The position numbers were made by a program, and so were the translations under genes. From Hydrolagus colliei (Eukaryota): a stretch of 64,000 bases of DNA. The notes below the pieces were generated by a model that had not been told where the DNA came from, ran no database searches, and was given only the letters and a program-made list of their open reading frames with translations. Positions 1 through 12,017 of the stretch are shown here, piece by piece (position 1 is the stretch's first letter; every line of letters starts with the position of its first letter). Location: positions 21,948,001 to 22,012,000 of the forward strand of contig CM068747.1 of assembly GCA_035084275.1 (NCBI GenBank), in the 5' to 3' direction.

Positions 1-219
1 GACTGTGAGCATGTACATGTGAGCAAAATGTGGCAGCCAATTGCACACAGCAGTGTCCCACAAACAGTCGTGGATTGAAATTACCAATTTTTTTTTGAGG
101 GATTATTATCAGGTGTTCCAAAACTTTCCCAAACTTTCCCAAGGTGCACCCTTCCTGGAAACGAACCCGGGTCTCTTGCTTGTAAGGCAAGTGCTCTAAC
201 CACTCCGCTATAGGACTGC
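1..219 (-). mobile_element. tRNA-derived SINE (CmiSINE-like family), truncated by the window edge
   Basis: Reverse complement of the head (A/B boxes) and the Deu-like core GACTGTTTGTGGGACACTGCTGTG. Confidence 0.85.
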
Positions 220-220
220 A

Positions 221-598
221 CAAATCCAGTGGAAATCCAGAAGATGACATGGAAAGTCCATGAAAACAAGAAGAAATGGGAAATCCGGTGGTAAAAGAAG
301 AAGAATTGGGAAATTGAATGGTACAAGAAGAAGAAATAGGAAATCCACAGGAAAAGAAGAAGAAATGTGAAATCTAGTGGAACAATAAAAAGAAATGAGA
401 AATCCAGAGCTAGAAAAATAGGATAAAGTGGGAAATCTAGTTGAAAAACAAGAAGAAATAGGAAATTCAGTGGGGAAAAAAGGAGACAAAATGTGAATCC
501 CAATGGAAAAAATAGACAAAATAGGAAACCCGGTGAAAAATTAAGAAATGGAAAAAACAGTGGAAAAAGAAATGAGTAATCCAGAGGAGAAATAATGC
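221..598. repeat. Degenerate purine-rich minisatellite, ~30-bp unit, ~13 copies
   Basis: Recurring AAATCCAGTGG...AAGAAGAAAT(A/G)GG units. Confidence 0.8.
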
Positions 599-715
599 GA
601 ATGCTCTAACCACTGAGCTACAGTACTCTACAAATTAATAACTGCCTCTGTGTTGTGTGATTGATATTTCACTTCTCACCAGAAGGCACTGCCCACCGTG
701 TTTGATATTTATTGT

Positions 716-1035
716 GGAGTTCTATAGCTCAGTGGTTAGAGCACTTGCTTCTCAAGCGAGACCCCTGGGTTTGATTCCAGGCTGGGCAAAACCTTGGGCA
801 AGTTTCCTTGCTCCACAGGCCTGATAATAATCTCTTTAAAAAAATAATAAATTGGCCATTTCAATCCCCGACTGTTTGTGGGACACTGCTGTGCACAATT
901 GGCTGCTGCGTTTCGTCCACCTGTATATATATATATGTGCAGTCAATTCACTTTACAGTATTTTCTGTGAAGTGCTTTGAGACGTCTAGAAGATGTGAAA
1001 AGCGCCATATCAAATGCAAGGATTATTACTGTTAT
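716..1035 (+). mobile_element. CmiSINE-like SINE, full length (short subfamily)
   Basis: GGAGT..TAGCTCAGTGGTTAGAGC (A box), GGTTTGATTCC (B box), ACCTTGGGCAAGTTTCCTT (CORE-like), Deu-like core, L2-like tail ending GCAAGGATTATT. Confidence 0.9.
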
Positions 1036-4000
1036 TTTATGAAATTATTTTATTAAAGAATATTATTATTATTTGTCAAATCTTGTACATTTTGTTAATT
1101 TGTTCAATCTTACATTGATGGGGATTGATTGTCATGACTGACTGTAAAACGCAGTTACAATTTATAGACAAAAAAAGCTAACATACACACACCTTTGAGG
1201 CTTTGTTCATTGGATCCTGCATGCAGTTAACTGATGTGTAAGTAACAATCAATTACAATAAAGTATGATAAATGTTTAAACCTCTAGCTACAGAGCTGGT
1301 TTATAAATAGACTTTAAATTTTGAATGAGAATTGCTCACATGGGCAGAATCTTTATGCAGAGATACATAGAGGGCAGAATAAATTCTCTAACTTCAGCAT
1401 TGTGAAAGGAAATGCCATGAAGTTTGCAATATACAGATAGTCAAACACAGCAATAATATTGATTGAAGAGTGGTCTAAACTTACCATAGAGGCACTGAGC
1501 TGTTTGTAATAGCCAAAAATACTGAGTGTAGTGGGAGACTTTTTTTAAACATTTATTCTGTGTAAATGTTTTTTTTCTGTGTAATTGTAAAGACTTACAG
1601 ATTTTTAAGGATGGTTGCTGTTTTTATTCTACCTCATTCAACCAGAATTTTTAGAAATGTATTGTTTTGGGCTGTTCAAATATGAAAGTTGGCCCCTTAA
1701 GTATGTTTGCATTTCTTCTGCTATGAGAATTCATGAGCGCGGATTCAGTATCTTAGATTTTATTTCCAGTTAAATTCTATTCCCTCCAGGTGGCAGAAGT
1801 TCAATCTAACTCGCATTTACTCCATATGGACACAGACAAATTTCCTGCAAGGCTTTGCTTTTTTTTAATGTGCATTGTTACCTGCTTCCAATGTTTCCCC
1901 TTGTTTTATCATTCATACTGTATTCCCCCTTTCCTCTCTTCAAATGATGCAACACAGTAGGCTGGACCTCAGGTGCACTCCAGATTATGTGGAAGTGATT
2001 GGCAGATTTCCTTACCGGCTCTCTAATGTATTGCAGGCACATTGGGATCCGAATTTGGGATTCCAATGGTAGAAGCACATAGAGTGTGCATTGTGCAAAA
2101 CAGAATTTTCAAATTGACTTGCAACATACTTGCAGCATGAGATGCTTACTCATTGGGGGAATGCAATGGGCAAAGCGTATTGCCTGCCATTGTATTCCCA
2201 AGCTCTTTTCCAGTGTACAGAAGGCAAGATCTCTTCCCCATTCTGTATGCTCCATTTTATAGCCCATGTTGTGTAGGTTTGTAGAAATATTTGTATGAAA
2301 ATTAGGTGGGCTTCAAAGAATAAAGGAATTGCATTCCCCTATTGCCGCAAGGAGCCAAATGGCTCTTATCAGTGTTTCTCTGTTGTAGGTGCTGGTAAGT
2401 TTGTTTCATTATTGGGTGGAATTGCTTTCCCATTGTGCAACCAGCTGGATCCATCTGTAATAGTTGAGACAGAGGAGCCAAGCAATGGTGACACCAGCAA
2501 CAACAATTGTACAACTCTATCTTGTTATCATTGGGGATATCAGAGTAAAAACTGTAGGAACAAGTTAGGGTGAACAAAATGTAGAAAATCTATCTGTCTG
2601 ATAATATTAGGGAATGATATCGGAGGCCAATCTAACCTAGCAGGGAAGTAGAAATGCATTTGAATGTTGTTCTCAATTTTCCTTGTTTCCAACAGCTCCA
2701 TTTTATACAAAAATGATCAAATGAAATTTTTTATATCATTTCAGTTTGAATTAACAATTCCCCATGCATCCATGCTAGTTTGATGGAGTTACTTCTGAAT
2801 ACATATATCTATAGTATATATATATATTATCAGCTGTAGATGGTTAACTATGTGATCGTTAATGATTGCAAGTGCATATTGTAAGTGCAGCAATGTATTA
2901 TTTCTGATCTACTGTGTGAATTATTTCAACTTCAACTCGTATTTGCGATGACTTTGATATTGTCAAGTGTGGAATTGCTGAAGAATGTGTCGAGAGACCA
3001 AAATATGTTGGGTAGCCAGTATTCTTGACAGCAGCCATCAGTAGGGCAAGGGTTCCATCTCTATTACAATGACAGGCAAATCAATGAAGAAATCCGAAGG
3101 GACCTGACAAATAACTTGTATCTAGAAATGTAAAACCAATCTGCTGCATAGCTGGGATCTGGTTACTCAACTATATCTTGGACCACTGAAGAGAATAAAA
3201 TGGCCTAAAAGGTCTCTAACCCATCATTCCTAATGGAGGAAACAGCAAGTGAAGCATTAACAGTCGACAGATGTAATGAAAGCCTTGCAAAAAAAAAACA
3301 ATCCACTAACCAAGACCACAGCTTGCACATGTTCTATTAAGCCTGCACTCTGCAGGAATGACAGAGGCATTGTTATGCTGCACTTTGGCATTTGCGTTTT
3401 TTTTTAAAAAAACTCGTGAATGTTCATACCTGTGTATGAAATAATGTAGTTTATGACTTATTAGGGATGTAACTATTCCCAGTGTGTGATTTTTACAGCT
3501 GTTTGAAACTGTGCCAAATCCTATCTATAGTAAATGATTTATCACCACTCTGCCAGGCTCCTTATATTGATTGATTGATTAGTTGGGTCACTGATTGATT
3601 GTTGTTTTTAGTTAACGTGATCTGACTTCTGTCGCCGGACAGTTTTTAATGATTTACTAACTAGGACTTTGAGTATACCTGTATTTTGCCAGCCACAGAT
3701 TGCAATAATCTGAAGTTTCAATTCTGATGGACCAAAAATATTTCTAATCAGCAGAACCATGTATTCACCATATTTTTCACGTTATTACTAATTTAAGGAA
3801 TATATTGCCCTTAAAAGAAAACCCATCAACAACCTTGCACTTAGTTTAACATTTTATATATAATGTATATATAATTTAATACTGAATATGTCTATAATGT
3901 GAACTTCATATTTCCCTTTATGCCTTACAGGGTCTATTTCTGAAACTTGTATTACATTCACAAGCAGATTTATCAAAGGCCAAGTGCCTATGAGACCCTT

Positions 4001-4204
4001 ATCTCTGGAAGGTCTTTCTGATAATGATAGCTCTCTAGGCATCTCATCATCAACCGCTTGACAGCTTCAGATCCAGAGAGAGGTGCACTATGTATTGGCA
4101 CTTATAAGGTTCAATCCTGTCTTCTAGTTTGAGGGTACGTTCCGCAACTTTTACTCATTCCACAGCAACAATACAAGTGCACATAATGAGTCAGTGATAT
4201 GCTT

Positions 4205-5261
4205 GGCACTTCACAAAGCCAGTTAGGAACCCGGGAGTCTTGCTTGACTCTGGACTATCCTTTATGCCCCACAGCCGCGCCATGACCAGCATGGCCTTCC
4301 ACCGCCTCCGCAACTTTGCCACTGCCTCACCGCTCAGACTGCTGAAACCCTCACCCATGCATTCGTCACATCAAGGCTTGATGACGGAAACTCCCTCCTT
4401 GTCGGCCTTTCTAAATCTTCCATGTGGAATCCTGTGGCTCAGTGGTTAGAGCACTCACCTTACAAGTGAAAGACCTGGGTTCATTTCCAGGAGGGCAAAA
4501 ACTTGGGAAAGTTCCCTTACTCCAAATGCCTAATAATAATCCCTCAAAAAAAACAATAATAAATTAGTCATTTCAATCCAGGACTGTTTGTGGGACACTG
4601 CTGCGTGCAATTGGCTGCCGTGTTTTGCCCACAAAATATAAAGTCAATTTACTTTACAGTATGTTCTGTGAAGTGTTTTGAGATGTCTAGAAGACGTGAT
4701 AAGGCGCTGTATCAAATGCAAGGATTATTATTATTATTATTATTCACAAGCTGCAGATCATCCAAAAGTCTGCAGCTCATGTCCTCTCCTCCATCGGGCT
4801 CCGTGACCCCATCACTTCCACCCTTGCCCAACTCCATTGGCTCCCCATCCTCCAGAGGATAGAATTCAAGATCCTTATCATTGCTTTCAAGGCCATTCAT
4901 GGCCTTGCCACCTCCTACCTCTTTGACCTGCTAACTCCCTCCCAACCTGCCTGCTCCCTCCATTCTGGTCTGCTCCATATCTCCCACCCAACATGTCTTA
5001 CTATCGGTGTCCGGACTTTCAGCTTCTTTGCCCCCACACTCTGGAACTCAATCCTACAGTCCCACTGCCTCGCTTCCTCCCTTGCCTCCTTCAAGGCCGG
5101 TCTCAAGACCCTCCTTTCTGGACCATGCCTTCAGCTGCCCTCCCACCTCCCCCATACCTCCCCCACCCCTCTCCCATGCTCAGGTCCCAACCGCTGACTC
5201 TTCAGCTCCTTGGGACGTCCTTCCGATGTGAAAGTGCTCTATAGATGTAATTTTGTTGTTG
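4205..5261 (+). mobile_element. L2 LINE 3' fragment (degenerate ORF2 C-terminus plus 3' UTR), interrupted by a SINE at 4426-4744
   Basis: Decayed peptide ...[33 protein letters not shown]; tail CTTGGGACGTCC..GTGAAAG..AATTTTGTTGTTG. Confidence 0.88.
4426..4744 (+). mobile_element. CmiSINE-like SINE, full length, nested in L2
   Basis: Head, core and (TTA)n tail; the L2 sequence resumes at 4745. Confidence 0.9.
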
Positions 5262-7755
5262 GCACGTGAGCAGTATTTGGATTTAGAATTTACCAGGACT
5301 CCATGATTGACAAAATTCTTGGAATAAGTTCAAACCTTCCTAAAACACACTTGAGAGCAGAGGGATAGTGGCAGATCCAGGGTTTGGTACCACACATTGT
5401 TATAGGGGAAAATAATGTTTGGTGTTGAATGTCTGCTCTTGCAGGCACAAGAGTTCAGATGCAAAACAAGACCTTGATTTGTCACATTTTGTTTCAGAGG
5501 AAACATCTTTTACATCTGCAGCTCCCTAAGTCTGTCCTGCATTGCCATGGAGGGTGAGGCACCAGCTCCATTTATTAAATAATATTCGTTAGAATTAGTC
5601 AGGGGCCTGCTGGAGATGAGACTTCAATTATGGGGTTTGTGTACATGCCTTGTTCCAAGTCTGTAGTACCAAACATGCAGAGAGCCATAGAAATTTACAG
5701 CACAACAGTAATTTTCACATGGTGCAAAAATGTCCAGTTTTTTTAAACATTAATTGTTCTTTTCTTTATAATGGATAGAACTGTCTGCAAGTATGCTGCG
5801 TATGATTATACATATTTAATGATGATTTTGCTAACATTGAAAAGCAGGTTAATGTTGTGGAGCAAGAGGACTTGGTTGCACCATGTTCAAAATGTGGTAA
5901 AATACAAATTAAACCACCAACCTCAATGAATACATCAGATACATTTAGCCCAAATGTTAACAACTTTACATGAAGTAAATCACAGAAACAGACTATTGTA
6001 TATGGTCCAACCCCACCCCTCCTATCCTCCTCTTCTGTACCCCTCTTCTCTTCTACCTTGTGTGTGTGTTAGTTTCCTCTTAAATACATTGATGCCGTTT
6101 GCTTCAACCACTTAAATCTGTAAAGCATATTCTCATATTTGTTTCAACCACTTAAATCGCAAGTCATAGTGAAAATGACTACATTTTGTGGGCAAAATCA
6201 CCACATTGCTTCTCATTTGGAGGAAACATTTTCCACAATGCTCCTCTGCTCTGCCTGCAGGAAGGTCAAAACCTAGACTGGCTTTGGTGCTATAAAGGAC
6301 AGAAACAACATTTCTGCTGGAACATATTAATCTTTCAAGCATCTGCTGCAGTGCAGCTGTTGTTCAGAGAATAACTGGTCTGTGAAAAAATCCATTAACC
6401 AGTTTTGCTTTATTGTTAACAATTATAGAAGGAATAATCCTCGCACATCAAACTGTTCCTGTTTTATGCCTACATGCGTTTCCTACTGAATGGTACAATC
6501 TATCTGCGTTGGAATTCTCTTAAATTAACTCATGTCCCCCAGGAACCAAGTACCATAATCGGATGCTGAGTGAATTGAACTGGAAAAGTCCATTTTGTTT
6601 TGGAGTCTAAATTGTGATCATCGTAAAAAACTTAATAATTATCCTTACATTTGTTATGGCACCTTTCAACAACACCTTGCATTTATATAGTGCCTTTCAC
6701 TCACACCATGAGGATGTTCCAAGGCAATGAATTTCATGTCGGTAGGACATCCCAAAGTGTTTCACTTGATTTACTGTAAAGTGTAGTTACTGTTTTTGGT
6801 CAGTAAATTGGATTTGTTGTGTTTATATCAATATCCAGATTGCGAAGCACATGAATGACTCACTGCACCTTATGAGACTTTGCCAATTTGTTGATTAATA
6901 GAATTCCCAGGTCTGAATTTTGGAAACTGGAAGCTACAGAAAACCTGGTGCATACTGGGTCCATAAAATTATTGATAATGAATATCCACCTTTGTGTTGT
7001 ATAAATTATATTTCACTTCCCTCCAGAAGGCACTGCCCACTGTGTTTGATAATTATTGTTCATTTGTAAAATCTTGTTAATTTTGTTAAATCTTACATCG
7101 ATAGAGATATCTCAGTCCCCAATTCAATTTTGACCACAGAGATAATGTTTATTCTCAGTTAAATATTGTGTTGTTTCTGTCTTGTCCTCCATGTCATCCA
7201 CCAAATCCCTGCAAATGATTCAGTCGGAGGTACAGTATATCCTAGCTTCCTTGGGAGTGAGTCGCCCAAGCAGCTGTCTTTTTTCATGTGGGTAACCTCT
7301 TCTTTGGTACCTTCTCTGGGCTCCAGCTGAGATTGAGCAGTGCTGCTTCCGGACACTTTATCGGGCATAATTTGAGAATCGATTCCCAAGATGTTTTACC
7401 TTTAAAAAAAACCAGGCTCGCGGATATGATAAATGTTCAGTTTTACAACCCATTGTAGAAGCAACCTGAACACATATTGGGATGTACTGAGTCACTGTCA
7501 GAAACAAGACCCTTGCTGATCACTTCCATTATATATTGGGCTTTAATTGGTTCTATAGCATTCTGGCAGATGTACAGACTTACAATACTCAGTATAGCCA
7601 GCATTAAATCAGAACTTCTTCTTAAATTGTTTCCTATGTATAACAAATCATACTTGATTTCTTTGCTGAAGACCTCTATGAACTGTGGATGAAAATAGCC
7701 CACTTATTATAGTTGCTTGTTTGGCACATTAGTGTTGAACTGATGTATTAATATG

Positions 7756-8036
7756 ATAATAATAATCCTTGCATTTGATATAGCGCTTTACATGTCTTCT
7801 AGACATCTCAAAGCGCTTTGCAGAATATACTGTAAAGTGAATTGACTGCATATTTGTGAGCAAAGTGCGGCAGCTAATTGTACACAGCAGTGTCCCCACA
7901 AACATTCATGGATTTAATTTTTTTTTGAGAGATTAGTATCAGGCATGTGAAGTAAAGAAACGTATCCAAGGTTTTTCTCTGCCTAGAATCTATTGCTTGT
8001 AAGGTGAGTGCTCTAACCACTGAGCTACAGGACTCC
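7756..8036 (-). mobile_element. CmiSINE-like SINE
   Basis: Reverse complement of the family head, core and tail. Confidence 0.88.
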
Positions 8037-8342
8037 TAAAGTGACTATGCATGATAGCAGCACAATGCCAGCTATGATTTAGATCCTATCCACCAACAGT
8101 TCTGATTGGAGTCACTGATCATGTTCTACCCGCCTTCTGTTTACAAACCTATATTGTGCTATGCAGTATTGTACATGTTACCAAACAGCAATGCCTCTTG
8201 TACAGCAAGAAAGCAACATTGCAAGCAGTTGAGTGGATTTATTATACAAAAGCTATTACAGGCTAAACTTGATCCAATTTGAATTATAGGTTGATTTAGT
8301 AATGTAAAGAGATTAAGTACTTCTGCTCGGCTAATTCAAGTT

Positions 8343-8560
8343 GGGCTCAGGTGATAGCACTCTCAACTCTGATTCAGAAGGTTGTGAGTTTAGCCTTCAT
8401 TTTAGGGCTTTGAGCTCATAGGCCAGGGCAAAGATATTGCAGAGAAGTACTGCAATGTCATAGTAAATCGAGGTTCTCTCTACCTTTGGTAGATGTTAAA
8501 GATCCCATGCAGTAATCGAAAAGAGAAAGGGTATCTCTCAGTGGTTCCAGCCTCTGATAA
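8343..8560 (+). mobile_element. Older SacSINE1/AmnSINE-like SINE, degenerate
   Basis: GGCTCAG..TAGCACTCTCAACTCTGATTCAGAAGGTTGTG head and ..AAAGATCCCATG..CGAA..GAG body resembling the recalled shark SacSINE1. Confidence 0.6.
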
Positions 8561-9330
8561 GTTACGTATTTTTACTTTAACTAAGGGTAGGAACGCATTT
8601 CAAAACTGTCTGAGAATTGTTTGGAATTTTGCTTTGATATACAGGACGTCAAAATTGGTCCCAAATAAGCTGGAGTGACAGACGCGACAATGAATGTATC
8701 ACATCTGCTACTACCCGATGGGCAGCCTGCAAAATGGGGGTCAGACTGAAGGTGGTACAATTCACAGCTGCACTCTCTTTTACTGCCAGTATTGAAAATA
8801 GCAATGCTGGCAGGCCAGTGGGAGTGTTGCTCGGCTGGAGATTTATTTATATTGCATGGCTTTAAGTAGCCAATTGTTGGTGTGGTAGAATCTCAATATA
8901 AGCAATTCTGGAATACAAATATGTGGTCGCCTCCTAAAGAATTCCCAATGTTCTTTAACCTTCAGAACATTGGAAACACCTATATCATGTATGAACATTT
9001 TCATAACCTCCCTCTGTCCCATCAAGAAACTGTTTTGTTTCTGGAACCCGATCAGCGATACTTCCAAGAGGAGATGAAAGCATTTAACCTGAAGACCCTC
9101 CCAGCTGCTCAGCGCTAGAGAAGCTATCCAACATTACGCATGCTATGAAATTGCAGTCATTGCTGTTATTGGGAGTGAGTTTCCTTTGGTTGACATCTGG
9201 CTTTCAGAGAAGCCTACAATTTCATCAGATTTGCTGCTCAGCATCCAAGAAAAAACATAGAGGGTTAGCCTTGAGAAAATCGGTTGTTGCCACAAATAGT
9301 AATTTTGATCCTTTCTATTCAGGCACGCAA

Positions 9331-9717
9331 ATAATAAATTGGTCATTTCAATTCACGACTGTTTGTGGGACACTGCTGTGTGCAATTGGCTGCTGCGCTT
9401 CGCCCACAGAATATGCAGTCGATTCACTTTACAGTATACTCTGTGAAGCTCTTTGAGACTTCTAAAAGATGTGATAAGACGCTATATCGAATGCAAGGAT
9501 TATTATTTATTATTAAGTTGTTGGGTACCTGAGAGTCATTCAACTTTTGGCAAAGGGTTGTCCACTCCGTGGAAGTGCTTTCTACCTGGCTTGCAGGGAT
9601 TATTATTAGGCGTGTGGAGTAAGGAAACTTGCCCAAGGTTTCGCCCTGACCTGCCTGGATTCGAACACAGGTCTCCCCAGCTTGCAAGACAAGTGCTCTA
9701 ACCACTGAGCCACAGGA
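9331..9717. mobile_element. CmiSINE-like SINE in two oppositely oriented halves (3' half + at 9331-9513; 5' half - at 9596-9717)
   Basis: The two halves are non-overlapping parts of one consensus. Confidence 0.8.
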
Positions 9718-10416
9718 ACAATGTAGAATACTTACTTGGTGTCTGGCTCGATCGCTGTGAAGCACTCCGAGGCATTATCCACTGTGAAGGGTTCTGTATA
9801 AAAGCAAGTTGTTGCTATTAAACATCCATAAAATCAAGTCTAGTTGGGTTTGCTGCTGACCTGATTTGTATGCAACAATTAGCATGGCCACAGGCCTGAG
9901 TGCACATCATTTACACTGTGTGACATGACCATACCAGCAGCCATTAAACCTATTCTCATTTGTGCACAGTTCTATCACAAAAGATAATATTCATGTGATA
10001 GATTGAAATAGAAAACATACCAGATTGAGTGATGCATCCCTATGTCCATTTTAAGGAAAATCCTCCCCTTTGTGTGTTGCTTGTTAGCAAGTGGGACACC
10101 AATGTTCAAGACAGGAATATTTTTTCACTTATGCTCGATGACCACACTGCTGTACTGTATCATTATCCACATCTTCGTTCTATTCGTGATATCTTTTACA
10201 GCTAGGCTAATGATTTAATGTCTATTAGTGTTGAATTAGGGGCAGTATTCTATATGCACAATGCCCACTGGGAATTAAACTGAATCTGTCAGAAATCATT
10301 TCACATTTGATGGAGTGATACTTTGGCATTATCAGCGGGATGGTTTCATTATACTTTACACTACTGCATGGGAGGGAGGGAGGGAGGGAGGGAGGAGGAC
10401 AAGTTTACACCTTTGT

Positions 10417-10718
10417 GGAGTCCTGTAGCTCAATTGTTAGAGCACTCATCTTACAAGCAAGAGACCTGAGTACAATTCGAGGCAAGGTGAAACCTTGGCT
10501 TGGATAAGTTTACTTACTCCATACGCCTAATAATAATCCCTATTTAAAAAATTGGGTCATTTCAATCATGACTGTTTGTGGGGACACTGCTGTGCGCAAT
10601 TGGCTGCTGCATTTTGCCACATATATACAGTCAATTAATTTTACAGTCTATTCTTTGAAGCGTTTTGAGACATCTAGAAGACGTGAAAAGCGCTATATCA
10701 ACTGTAAGGATTATTATT
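10417..10718 (+). mobile_element. CmiSINE-like SINE, full length
   Basis: GGAGTCCTGTAGCTC head through the GGATTATTATT tail; preceded by (GGGA)n at about 10368-10395. Confidence 0.9.
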
Positions 10719-12008
10719 AAATGTAGTATTATAATCAGATATTACTCAAAGTGTGTAATAACCATGCATAACATACATTTTCCTGTATCATTAACTCGAA
10801 TCTCTTATTTATTCATTGGTAAATAAACGTTGTTGTGTCATGGAAAGAGTTTTATTGCATAGTGAAAAGGTTTTGCTTTTGGAATGATAGCTTGTATCTG
10901 GTACTCTTTGTCATGCTCATTGAATTTTTGTAAATATTGTGCATCAAAAACAAAGCTAGTAAAGATTAACAACAATTTATATAGTGCCTCTCACAGAGGG
11001 CAGTGTCCCAGAGAGCTAGAATGAAATAATTATTAAATAATTATGAAATAACAAGAACACTGAGGCAATCTTTGGGTTAATCCAACTCAGTTCAGATCCA
11101 AATCCTTGACTAGCCAGTGCCTTGGGACGCCTTGGCAATGTGAAAGCCACTAAATAAATACAATTTGTCATTGTTCAGGTGATATTTCTGAATGGTTTGA
11201 AATTTATGTTCGCAATTTACAATTTCATTTGCAATAATCTGAATTTGTAAAGGCTTTGCAGCTCTTCCCTACTGTGTGTGTGCATGCATATGTAAACTAT
11301 TTTAAATGGTTTAGACTGGACTGGAATAATCCAAAATACAATGCCTTGGCAAAAGTAGTAGGCTATTCAACCCATTGAGTCTGTTACACCATTTCATAAG
11401 ATTGTGGCTGATCTGTAACCCAAGTCTAGTTAGAAAGCTTGCGCCTTGGGACGTCCTCCTGACGTAAAAAGCGTTATATAAGTGCAATTTTGTTGTGGTT
11501 GTAGTATTCCTTAACACCCTGACCTGACAATTATCTGTCCACCTTCATCTTGATAATGTGAATGGAAATTGTGTCACCAATATACTCACCACAGTTACCT
11601 CTGTTTTATGTAAAAAGAAAGATCAAACAGCAAAGAAATTACACCAAAGTAGAAAGAAATTCAATACATAATATATATTTAAAAGGTTTGTGTGTACATT
11701 TGAACTAAATTGATGCACATATTGTATTTACATCAAACACTACCAGAAGTTCATGAACAATAATACTCTGTGTGTAGGGCTCAAGTATAAGAGTGAAAGG
11801 GAACATTCCAATACTTACAACATGAAATTCAAAAGAGCAATCTGTGTGAGACATTAAATATAAGGTGTTAATTAATGTTTCTTCCACCACGTTGTAAAAA
11901 CTTAGCAAAAGCACTCAAAATAGATCCCTTACACAAACTGATATTGGTTACAATTGTATCCCGACATATTGAAAGCCAGGCCTGGATTCCAGGATATTCA
12001 AGTAAACA

Positions 12009-12014
12009 TTTATT
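12009..12014 (-). promoter_or_regulatory. Candidate polyadenylation signal AATAAA immediately after the stop
   Basis: The minus strand reads TAA TGA AATAAA; further AATAAA hexamers lie at 10851-10856 and 10808-10813. Confidence 0.3.
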
Positions 12015-12017
12015 TCA

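Noticed and set aside
221-598. Repeat array as a CRISPR, or the 140-aa hydrophobic ORF (81-503) as a membrane protein
   Set aside because: Units are degenerate and contiguous with no unique spacers, the context is vertebrate, and the ORF is a translation of the minisatellite plus SINE
716-790. tRNA-like sequences with A and B boxes (also 4426, 10417, 41689 and others)
   Set aside because: They are SINE heads continuing into SINE body and tail, with no complete cloverleaf
808-1056. Family of short ORFs sharing [12 protein letters not shown]...SVKCFETSRR (also 4590, 9145, 19569, 30514, 46327, 56792)
   Set aside because: They are translations of the same SINE consensus, not a Cys-rich peptide family
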